32,925 bases of DNA from the NCBI GenBank assembly GCA_051880015.1, contig JBJEND010000223.1, positions 1-32,925 on the forward strand, given 5' to 3'. Numbering within the stretch: the stretch's first letter is position 1; each line of letters begins with the position of its first letter. The notes under the pieces are model-generated. The model did no database searches and was not told the DNA's origin. It worked only from the letters and a program-made list of their open reading frames with translations. The DNA is from Butyrivibrio sp. (lineage in GTDB: Bacteria; Bacillota; Clostridia; Lachnospirales; Lachnospiraceae). Shown piece after piece: positions 1-7,886 of the stretch. Position numbers and translations under genes: made by a program.

Positions 1-2
1 CT

Positions 3-74
3 AAGCTTCATATTGAAGGCGACACCCGAACCAAGAGAAAGCAGCTCGCCGAGCTGTTCTCACAAAATACCTAA
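3..74 (+). CDS. 3' end of a gene entering from the left edge; possibly the C-terminus of a LuxR-type HTH regulator
   Basis: Frame 3 reads KLHIEGDTRTKRKQLAELFSQNT-stop (TAA 72-74), resembling the 'KL.v..R.qL..l' tail of LuxR HTH domains. It is followed by a hairpin. Only 23 aa are visible. Confidence 0.4.
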   Translation, partial: KLHIEGDTRTKRKQLAELFSQNT

Positions 75-99
75 CCTTTGGTTAATGTTCATTTCTAAT

Positions 100-137
100 A
101 ATCCACCGTATAACATTAGTACGGTGGATTTGATTTT
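100..137 (+). terminator. Stem-loop, probable intrinsic terminator
   Basis: Perfect 11-bp inverted repeat AATCCACCGTA (100-110) / TACGGTGGATT (120-130), 9-nt loop, followed by T-rich TGATTTT. Confidence 0.55.
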
Positions 138-197
138 GATTATAAGCATGAGCATAATCCCATAAATATCTGAATAAAATAAGAGGAGAAAACTAAT

Positions 198-983
198 ATG
201 AAAAGATGGAAAAAGTATGCAAGCTTTTTTACGGTGCTGGTTAGCCTTGCCTTGCTGACAGGCTGCGGCAGCTCGGGCAGAAAATGGAGTGATGCCAATG
301 AAATTGATGCCTATGGCACGGTCGAGCGGAACGGAGAGAAAATAGATGTGTGCGTGTGCCACGATCAGAAAGAGGTATATCTCTATTACAACGATGAAAA
401 CCACGAGCTGTTTGACACAGCCAGGATTCCCACGGACGAGATCTACGATGACGATAAGGACTGGTGTCTTGGAAGAATCATCCTAAGTGACTTTAACGGT
501 GACAACAACAGTGATCTGCAGGTATATCTCTCTCATTCGGATATGAGCGAATCGCACATTGTGTGGATATGGGAGGAAGACGTAGGGTATGTTTATCAAG
601 CGTACGATTCCAGTTTCTACAATCCCATCGTGGTCATCGATCCACCTGAGGACACAGTATATGATTTCAGTATGTACGAAGGCCTTTGGCAGAGCGATGA
701 GGAAAACTTATACCCTGATACATACTTACAGTTCGATGCAGAAGGCAACTGGCAGCTCTATTCCGATGGCGATGAGATAGATAATGGTTATCTTTGGTAT
801 GAAACGGAAGACGGCCTTACCTATTCCCACAGCTCCTTAGGCGGCGCTATGGACGAAGGCTTTGTCAGAATTGAAGGTGACCGCCTTAATATCAGCACCT
901 GCGGCTACTTCAACTACCTCGATGGACGGGGCGGCCAATGGGAAGGCGCCGGCGGCGGAAATTGGGATGGTGAGAATCGTTAA
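198..983 (+). CDS. Acidic lipoprotein of unknown function
   Basis: RBS GAGGAG; signal peptide with lipobox LLTG-C; DFNGDNNSDL Ca-binding (FG-GAP/Dx[DN]xDG-like) loop; GC visibly higher than in neighbouring genes. Confidence 0.8.
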   Translation: MKRWKKYASFFTVLVSLALLTGCGSSGRKWSDANEIDAYGTVERNGEKIDVCVCHDQKEVYLYYNDENHELFDTARIPTDEIYDDDKDWCLGRIILSDFNGDNNSDLQVYLSHSDMSESHIVWIWEEDVGYVYQAYDSSFYNPIVVIDPPEDTVYDFSMYEGLWQSDEENLYPDTYLQFDAEGNWQLYSDGDEIDNGYLWYETEDGLTYSHSSLGGAMDEGFVRIEGDRLNISTCGYFNYLDGRGGQWEGAGGGNWDGENR

Positions 984-1061
984 GATTCCCAGGTGTACCA
1001 TCAGGATGTAAACGGATGGGATGATGAGATAAAGTCTGCTTATCAGAACATTATATCAGTG

Positions 1062-2429
1062 CTATTTTCCCTCATTATACAGTATGACTATTTCTTTCCT
1101 GTTTGCACAACCTGTCTTCTTCAGTATATTTCTCACATGAAATTTTACGGTGTTTTCAGAGATGTATAGAGTGGAAGATATCTCTGAATTGGGCAAACCG
1201 TAGAGAATAAGCTTGAGAACATCAATTTCACGAGTAGAGATATTATATGTATTTATAAAACTAAATAGCTTATCATCTTCATTTTTTTTGACGGGTGCAA
1301 CATTCACATATAATTTATTGTAAAGCATGAAGAATAGTCCGGCTGCAATGACAAACAGAGTAGTTGTTATAATTACCAGTGCAATTTTATTGGTATACAG
1401 ACTCATTCCGATAATACTACCGCCTGCATCGCCGATTCTTCCGAATAAAAGACCAAAGGCAGCCAGCCAAAGCAGTTCCTTATTGGATGAAGCAATATCA
1501 GAAAAAACAACAATCCTGTAAACATTTAGAAAACCAAATAAAATATATCCTAATATCCAAAAGACAATGCCGGAACTAATTTCGTCGGATAATGCAAACA
1601 TAATAAACGGGCATATAAGTGCAGTTATAGAAAAAAAGGCACCATATGTTCTTTTTTTGTCACAGATGATTCCGGCAAGAATCAGGCCTATGGCATAAAA
1701 TGCTCTTGAAAACTCAAGATTAATGCCGGCAGATAAGTCCGCGGTGGGAAAATAAAACCCAATTCCGCGTGTTGTTGTGAGCATGATGACAGTAAATATT
1801 GCAATTGCTATGGTAGAAGGCTGAATGGTTTTTGAAATTATCTGATTGTTTTGTCCGCAACCGGAGTTAGTAGTACCATTCTTACTATATTGTACCAATA
1901 TAATTGTTATCACAACAAGTACAGCATATGCGATTAGTGCGTAGTTCGTGGTCAGGAAATTACCGGTACCGATTTTGGTGATAAGCCATGAAGCAATACT
2001 CGCGATACCATATCCCAGTCCAAATGCAATGCCTCGCTTATTCCATTCAAGTCCGGCTGTAAGCTCATACAAATAGTATGCAGCAATAGCTCCATGCAGA
2101 AAATTCATTATGTAACCGAATATGAGTGCAGTTACCAGGCTGTTGGATGTGACTGACAAACCAATGAAAAGAGCATCTGTAATAATTACAATTATGAAAT
2201 GTTTCTTGTAATCTCTGTATTCCTTATTCTTTTTAAAAAGAAAACTCACTGCAAGAATTCCCATTGCCTGAAACAGGTATCCCACGACCTCGGACAGCAA
2301 ATCGGCCCGGCCCGGTGTTGTGTATTCTAATAATCTATATAGCCAGGAAAGATAACCGCAGGATGTCCATAAAAAACATAGAGCAATTATCGAACAACAA
2401 TATAGGAAAGAATTATTCCGTCGTTTCAT
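1062..2429 (-). CDS. Multi-pass (about 12 TM) membrane sensor fused to a C-terminal LuxR HTH (one-component regulator)
   Basis: About 380 hydrophobic aa, then ISTREIDVLKLILYGLPNSEISSTLYISENTVKFHVRNILKKTG, a LuxR/GerE HTH. The ATG at 2429 with upstream GAGGA is preferred over the TTG at 2447. Confidence 0.9.
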   Translation of the reverse strand: MKRRNNSFLYCCSIIALCFLWTSCGYLSWLYRLLEYTTPGRADLLSEVVGYLFQAMGILAVSFLFKKNKEYRDYKKHFIIVIITDALFIGLSVTSNSLVTALIFGYIMNFLHGAIAAYYLYELTAGLEWNKRGIAFGLGYGIASIASWLITKIGTGNFLTTNYALIAYAVLVVITIILVQYSKNGTTNSGCGQNNQIISKTIQPSTIAIAIFTVIMLTTTRGIGFYFPTADLSAGINLEFSRAFYAIGLILAGIICDKKRTYGAFFSITALICPFIMFALSDEISSGIVFWILGYILFGFLNVYRIVVFSDIASSNKELLWLAAFGLLFGRIGDAGGSIIGMSLYTNKIALVIITTTLFVIAAGLFFMLYNKLYVNVAPVKKNEDDKLFSFINTYNISTREIDVLKLILYGLPNSEISSTLYISENTVKFHVRNILKKTGCANRKEIVILYNEGK

Positions 2430-2519
2430 ATATTTTCCTCGTTTCAAAAAACATCTGTCGATTGATATTTTAATTTATTTTTCGTCTTTTTTCAACAGAA
2501 ATAGCTTCTTTTTCCATGA

Positions 2520-2575
2520 ATAGGCATACCTATCCTAAAACTATCCTACAAAAATATGTGAAAATCATGTAGAAT
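2520..2575 (+). promoter_or_regulatory. Putative regulator-binding repeats and -10 element of the lipoprotein promoter
   Basis: Palindrome ATAGG-cata-CCTAT (2520-2533); direct repeat CTATCCTA at 2530 and 2541 (11-bp period); TAGAAT at 2570-2575 with a poor -35. Confidence 0.45.
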
Positions 2576-2610
2576 TTTGAAAAATGAGGTATATGAAAAG
2601 GAGGAATTTT

Positions 2611-3534
2611 ATGAAACGCAGATTATCAGTCTTATTAATTATTTTGATGCTGGCAGCTTCTCTCACTGCCTGTGCAGAGAAAAAAACTGCGAATAACGAG
2701 CCTGCAACAACCCCTGCACAGCAGACGCAGGAACAAGGCTCACAGAACGAATCAACAACACCGGACAATACTGCAGATAAGAGTTATTCAACCAGAATCA
2801 ATGTTTCTATCAACCCGGATGCTGATATCCTGACAGATCAGGATGGTAAGGTTATTGAGATTGTATGTAACAATGACGATGCCACGACTGCCTATGGAAA
2901 TCTTGAGGTTGCGGGCAAGGAACTTGAAGATGTTGCAAAAGAAATGGTAAAGGCTGCTACGGATGCAGGTTTTATGCAGGATACAAAGCCGGTTACCCTT
3001 ACTATCGTGGATGGTGAGCGTACCGGTCAAGAGCTCTTAGATGAGGCTTTAGAAGCAAAGGCCGGCGTACAGCAGGCATTAGTTGAAGAAGATTTCCAGT
3101 ATGCACCTATTGTTGCAGATATAATGGAAGGTGAAGTCCATGATGATACCTGCGACCTTTGTTATGGAAGTGGTGTTATAGTATGTGATGGATGTAACGG
3201 AACTACTTACTTAGACGGCAATGCGTGGACTGTATGTGGTAAATGTACCGGCGAAGGAAAAACAACCTGCACCCTTTGCAATGGTGAAGGCTTCAATACT
3301 TGCGACGGATGTGGCGGCTCAGGCTTAGATGCTAATCAGGACGATGGAAAATGTTTTGCCTGCCATGGTGAAGGAAAGACCCACTGTGTTCGCTGTGGAG
3401 ACGGCAATGGATACCAGGTATGCGAAGACTGTAACGGTGAAGGCAGATTAGGCGGCCTTCCTTGTCCAAGATGTGGTGGCACACTTTGGATGATGTGTTA
3501 TCGTTGTAACGGTGAAGGAAAGAATACACACTAA
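2611..3534 (+). CDS. Lipoprotein with RsgI-like (SEAL) domain and ten DnaJ-like CxxCxGxG zinc-finger repeats
   Basis: RBS AGGAGG before ATG 2611; lipobox LTA-C; motif INVSINPDADILTDQDGKVIEIVCNNDDA resembles the RsgI juxtamembrane domain; 10 CxxC pairs from 3151 to the C-terminus. Confidence 0.8.
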   Translation: MKRRLSVLLIILMLAASLTACAEKKTANNEPATTPAQQTQEQGSQNESTTPDNTADKSYSTRINVSINPDADILTDQDGKVIEIVCNNDDATTAYGNLEVAGKELEDVAKEMVKAATDAGFMQDTKPVTLTIVDGERTGQELLDEALEAKAGVQQALVEEDFQYAPIVADIMEGEVHDDTCDLCYGSGVIVCDGCNGTTYLDGNAWTVCGKCTGEGKTTCTLCNGEGFNTCDGCGGSGLDANQDDGKCFACHGEGKTHCVRCGDGNGYQVCEDCNGEGRLGGLPCPRCGGTLWMMCYRCNGEGKNTH

Positions 3535-3616
3535 TATTCAAGTATTCAAGACAAAATCAATGTGAAACTGGCGTGTGTAACTATTATTATACGGCTGAAA
3601 TAAAGTATGAATTGTG

Positions 3617-3644
3617 AAGGACGGACTAATCCCCGTCCTTTTTT
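3617..3644 (+). terminator. Rho-independent terminator
   Basis: AAGGACGG-actaatcc-CCGTCCTT followed by TTTT. Confidence 0.8.
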
Positions 3645-3720
3645 ATTGGAGAAAATTTGATAATAGTATCATCCCGCGAAGGCCCTGGCACAGGAAAGTT
3701 ATTCTTTGGGAGGGATGTCA

Positions 3721-4097
3721 CCTCTCGTGGGCCTGTAGCAAGAAATTAACTACCCCGGCCCCCGGAAGCGAAGTCCGGTATCTCATTTGCTACCTCCCGT
3801 GGGCCTGTAGCAAGAAATTAACTACCCCGGCCCCCGAAAGCGAAGTCCGGTATCTCATTTGCCAGTTCTCGTGGGCCTGTAGCGAGAAATTAACTACCCC
3901 GGCCCCCAAAAGCGAAGTCCGGTATCACACAGGCTACCCCTCGTGGGCCTGTAGCGAGAAATTAACTACCCCGGCCCCCGGAAACGAAGTCCGGTATCTC
4001 ATTTGCCAGCTCTCGTGGGCCAGTAGTGGGATATTTCCTTCCAAGGCCCACGGAAACCGGGACAAGCTCCATGCAGGCAGGATTTCGTGGGCCTGTA
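3721..4097. repeat. GC-rich 72-bp tandem array of palindromic (REP-like) units
   Basis: Anchor CGTGGGCC at 3726, 3798, 3870, 3942, 4014 and 4086 (exact 72-bp period). Each unit also carries the inverse motif GGCCC(A/C)C(G) at 3757+72n. Confidence 0.9.
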
Positions 4098-4369
4098 AGC
4101 AGAATTTCCTTATATAAGTCCAAGATTCTAATATAGGCCATCATTCCTGACAAAGACCAATATAATAGCTCTCTTACTATGCTGGAAAATTATAAATTTA
4201 TTTATGGAGAAGAACCGGAAGAACAGATTAATGAATTAATGGGTCAAGAGGGATATTCATCTGATGTTGCTACATTTGTCCAAACTAAATGCACCACAAT
4301 CGCAAATTTCCTATATTGAAAAAGGCGCAGATTTAAATATGGGAACAAATATATGGCGAGGATATTTCA

Positions 4370-4603
4370 TTATTTTCTTTCAGGTGGAATATATTCAATT
4401 AAATCTGATAAATCACAATCTAAAGCAAAACATAAACGGGCAAGTACGGACAGGTCCACACGTTGAATTTTATTATCACGATAGGCCTTTAATTGTGTTC
4501 TTTGCATTTCTGACCGAAAAGCTAATTTGTTTATGCTAATATTTTGTTTTTTCATAACTTCATCGAGTTTTAAACGAACACTACCAAATTCTATATCAAT
4601 CAT
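4370..4603 (-). CDS. Small Cro/C1 (XRE, YozG/HTH_26-like) transcriptional regulator
   Basis: LKLDEVMKKQNISINKLAFRSEMQRTQL...RVDLSVLARLCFALDCDLSDLIEY; GGAG RBS on the minus strand. Confidence 0.88.
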   Translation of the reverse strand: MIDIEFGSVRLKLDEVMKKQNISINKLAFRSEMQRTQLKAYRDNKIQRVDLSVLARLCFALDCDLSDLIEYIPPERK

Positions 4604-4648
4604 ATGGCTCCTCCAATCTTTTTATATAGTAATAAATTTATGGGCATC

Positions 4649-4699
4649 TTGAAATGAGCATATATTTATGATATGATTACATGAGTAGATATATACTCA
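4649..4699 (+). promoter_or_regulatory. Sigma-A promoter with overlapping putative XRE operator
   Basis: TTGAAA (4649-54), 17 bp, extended TGn-TATGAT (4672-77); palindrome TGAGTA-gatata-TACTCA (4682-4699) at the expected start site; related half-site TGAGCATAT at 4655. Confidence 0.55.
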
Positions 4700-4825
4700 A
4701 TAAAAAATATTACGAAAGGAAGACCGAATATGGTATACGAGTGATTATTATTTTGAAATATTAGTTACACTTTAATATTTCTAAAGACAATTGTTCCTAA
4801 AATTGAAAGAGAAAGGAGTTTTCAT

Positions 4826-7108
4826 ATGGTGAAAATGAAAAAAAGTTTATTTTTAATGGTCGTGTCTTTTTGCGCAGCATTGCTGGTTGTATTAACACCG
4901 GACAAGGCTTCTGCAGAAGATATGAGTAGCGAGTTCCAAGCAATACTTAATAGTGAGGGGCAATTCGTAGTAACCGGTTCTACCATGGAGGAGTATTCAG
5001 AAGACATATTGATTTATGAAGAACTTCAAAAATACGGAACAGATGAGTATTGGTTTTCTTCATCTCTGGTAGATGATAATACTTATAGTATTTATCTTAT
5101 TTACAATGAGGGTGAGGGTGAACCTGAAACCCATGACGTAGAAGTAGTGTTTGAAGAAAGCTATAGTGATGAATTTGCAGCTATATTAAATAGTGATAAT
5201 AAGTTTCAGGTTCCATCAAATACCAAAGACGGCGTAATAACCTTAATAAATGATACATTATACCGTAAGGACAGTGAAGATTACAGATTTTGTGTAGCCA
5301 CAGACGTGGATTGGGTTCCTTTGATTAATGATGATTTTACAAAGACCACTATAATAATGGAGCAATATAATGGTTCAGATTGGGTGAAGGTAGAGCGTCA
5401 TATTGTAGATTTGGTATATTTAACAGAACCAAGTGATGTGTTTGAATCTATATTATTAAATAATGGTAAGTTCCAGGTTCCATCATCTACTAAGAGTGGT
5501 GTAGGAAATATACTCACCAATTATTTAAACACTTTGTCAGATGCCAGTGAAGATTATAGATTTCAGATAGCCTACGACGATGAATTTAACTATTTGATTG
5601 ATGCAGATGGTACAAGAGCAGTTATACAAATGCGTGACGAATCAGGAATATTGTTAGAACAGCAATCTGTTGAATTATCATATTTAACTGAAAAAAGTAA
5701 TGCGTATAAAAGCATACTTAATAACGATGGTAAACTGGTGATCAATGCCGTAAAGCCTAATGGTGAGTATGATTTTGCCCTGTTATTTGAAATGGTAGTT
5801 TGTGGAGCAGATCCTAATAAGGGATATGCATGGGACAATCTGGCAGATGATTATTCCGCTGTGGATTTGACCATTAATTTCGGAACAGCTAATCAGGAAA
5901 CACACAGAGTAAATATAGTTTATAATTATGATGAGGCCATTCAACAGAAGTTAAAGAGCTTTGTGGATAATTTCCCTAAGGAAATTGAGTTCTTCCATGT
6001 CAGGGATCTGGAATTAATAAATTACTGGATTAATAATGTAAGCAGTGAAGGCTCAGACAATTTGGATTTATATTCCGGAGAATTAAAAGCAGCAGTTAAC
6101 AATAATAATATTGAGTATTTTGTTGATAACAGAGCCGGTTCAGATGAGCTTTTTGCTACCATAAGAATAGGTATGGCAATATTCGGATACAATGGATGTG
6201 TATATTATTTTGATCCGACCTTAGGTACGGCAGCAGAATATATTATTTATGTTCCGGATACTACAGGTAATTCAAAAGAAGAACTTATAGCAGCCGCTCA
6301 GAAAAGAATTAATGAATATTTGGGAAATACTACTACAGTTAAAGTATCCTATGCCGGAACTGCCTATGATGTATGGACGAAAAGAGAGTATGAATTAACA
6401 AAACGGATGTGGGAGCAGATGGATCCTAATCTGACCTATGAAGAGTTCATGGAAACATTTCTGCCTGAGTATGACAGCTTTGATTATGTGACAGGAGTAA
6501 CCGGTGTAACTGAAACAGATGATACATTCCTTATAACGGTAAAAGTAGGCGGTAAAGAACGGAGCTTCAATGTTCTTATAAGAAAAGACAGTTCAAAAAT
6601 GGTAACACCATCATATAAAACCACAGATATGAGCACCAATATAGAGATTAGTTCTGATTCGACATCTCTTCCATTGGATACATATATACAGGCCAGTAAA
6701 ATAACAAGCGGAGCAGAATATGAGAAAATATTAAAACTGTTAGGCATTGATAAAAATGCAATGTTTGACTTAAAGCTGTTTTCCGGTTCTCTGGATAAAT
6801 ATGTAACTACTTTGTCAGATGGCAAATTTGAGGTTAGAATTCCTATCCCCGAGAATTTTAAAGGAAAAACCTTAACGGTATATTATGTTGACCAGAATGG
6901 TAAACCTGTGGAATATGAAGTAACCATAAAAGATAATTACGCAGTTTTCACAACGGATCACTTCAGTATTTACACATTGGCAGAGAAAGAAAACGGTCCG
7001 GATGTCGGTGATGTTTCCACCCCGTGGCTGTGGGTTGCCCTCCTGTTAATCAGCGGCAGTTGCCTGGCCGGAACAATTATTTATACCAGGAAACGAAAAG
7101 AAATTTAA
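4826..7108 (+). CDS. Secreted, wall-anchored surface protein with four N-terminal repeats and a C-terminal HFS-motif domain
   Basis: Signal peptide (...KASA-E); four roughly 85-aa repeats (F.aILNs.gkF.v); TTDHFSIY motif; PDVGD plus TM plus RKRK tail, resembling the clostridial PxTGD sortase signal. Confidence 0.8.
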   Translation: MVKMKKSLFLMVVSFCAALLVVLTPDKASAEDMSSEFQAILNSEGQFVVTGSTMEEYSEDILIYEELQKYGTDEYWFSSSLVDDNTYSIYLIYNEGEGEPETHDVEVVFEESYSDEFAAILNSDNKFQVPSNTKDGVITLINDTLYRKDSEDYRFCVATDVDWVPLINDDFTKTTIIMEQYNGSDWVKVERHIVDLVYLTEPSDVFESILLNNGKFQVPSSTKSGVGNILTNYLNTLSDASEDYRFQIAYDDEFNYLIDADGTRAVIQMRDESGILLEQQSVELSYLTEKSNAYKSILNNDGKLVINAVKPNGEYDFALLFEMVVCGADPNKGYAWDNLADDYSAVDLTINFGTANQETHRVNIVYNYDEAIQQKLKSFVDNFPKEIEFFHVRDLELINYWINNVSSEGSDNLDLYSGELKAAVNNNNIEYFVDNRAGSDELFATIRIGMAIFGYNGCVYYFDPTLGTAAEYIIYVPDTTGNSKEELIAAAQKRINEYLGNTTTVKVSYAGTAYDVWTKREYELTKRMWEQMDPNLTYEEFMETFLPEYDSFDYVTGVTGVTETDDTFLITVKVGGKERSFNVLIRKDSSKMVTPSYKTTDMSTNIEISSDSTSLPLDTYIQASKITSGAEYEKILKLLGIDKNAMFDLKLFSGSLDKYVTTLSDGKFEVRIPIPENFKGKTLTVYYVDQNGKPVEYEVTIKDNYAVFTTDHFSIYTLAEKENGPDVGDVSTPWLWVALLLISGSCLAGTIIYTRKRKEI

Positions 7109-7156
7109 TATCTCATGCGTAATAAATAAGGGGCTTTAAAAACTCCATTATAAGAT

Positions 7157-7190
7157 AAATAGCTATGGGTGTGTGCCCATAGCTATTTTT
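7157..7190 (+). terminator. Rho-independent terminator
   Basis: AAATAGCTATGGG / CCCATAGCTATTT perfect stem ending in a T-run. Confidence 0.85.
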
Positions 7191-7284
7191 GGGTCTGGAA
7201 TAATATGTGTCTAAGTGATATAGTAATACACAGACACAGAAGTCTGGTTACGGCTGGCAGCAGAAGAAAGAAAGGACTGAGATT

Positions 7285-7809
7285 ATGGCACTTATAACAG
7301 AACAGGACAGAATTAAAGAATTTGAAAATATTAAGGAATTCTTAGAAGAGTTAGAGGTTGCGGCAGAAATACTGCAAAAAGGCGGCAGTCTGGAGGAAAG
7401 CTGCCTTCTTCTTAGTATGCCCACAGAGACAGATGAATGGAATGGAATACTGCCGGATGACCTGCATATGGCAACGGCTTATCTTACACAGACGGGAGAT
7501 GACGAGGATCAGCTGACAAAATATCTTACTATATATATGCCGATTCAGGTGGATTTAACAGGAGCAGACGAAGGCAAGGTGCTGAAATACGTTAATGACT
7601 GTAATGAGAGTTTTCCATTTGGAACCTGTTTCTATGGAGAAAATCCCCTGACCGGTCGTATGCTGGTACAGGTCAAATGGTCAATCGGAGGACCAGTGGA
7701 CGAGCTTCTGGACGAGGGTGTTGTCTGCGAGGCCATATTTGAACTGGGTTGTTTATATGATCTCCTTAAGGAAGAACTTCTGGAGATGAAAACTTCCTTT
7801 GGGTTGTAA
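7285..7809 (+). CDS. Acidic hypothetical protein, possibly YbjN/type III chaperone-like fold
   Basis: RBS AAAGGA; pattern 'VLKYVNDCNESFPFGTCF' resembles the YbjN N..N....G.F signature. The fold call is tentative. Confidence 0.6.
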   Translation: MALITEQDRIKEFENIKEFLEELEVAAEILQKGGSLEESCLLLSMPTETDEWNGILPDDLHMATAYLTQTGDDEDQLTKYLTIYMPIQVDLTGADEGKVLKYVNDCNESFPFGTCFYGENPLTGRMLVQVKWSIGGPVDELLDEGVVCEAIFELGCLYDLLKEELLEMKTSFGL

Positions 7810-7886
7810 AAACCTTCTTGAATAAAAATCATTTTGCTGATATAATATGATATGATACGCATTAATGGAATCAGTAAAGGATTAAT

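Noticed and set aside
3352-3366. CFACH as a c-type heme-binding motif
   Set aside because: It is one of ten CxxCxGxG repeats; the other nine lack the His, so a zinc-finger reading fits better.
3721-4097. CRISPR array or TIGR-type guide array
   Set aside because: The central units are near-identical along their whole length, so there are no unique spacers. No cas or Nop-domain gene is in the window, and no box C/D-like motifs were seen.
3614-4117. 167-aa ORF with 24-aa repeats
   Set aside because: It starts in a terminator hairpin with no RBS and is open mainly because the repeat period is a multiple of 3. Conservation follows the DNA palindromes.
4264-4539. This and the other short ORFs (60-150 aa) overlapping larger genes on the opposite strand or in alternate frames
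   Set aside because: They are shadow ORFs of well-supported genes, with no recognisable motifs or RBS.
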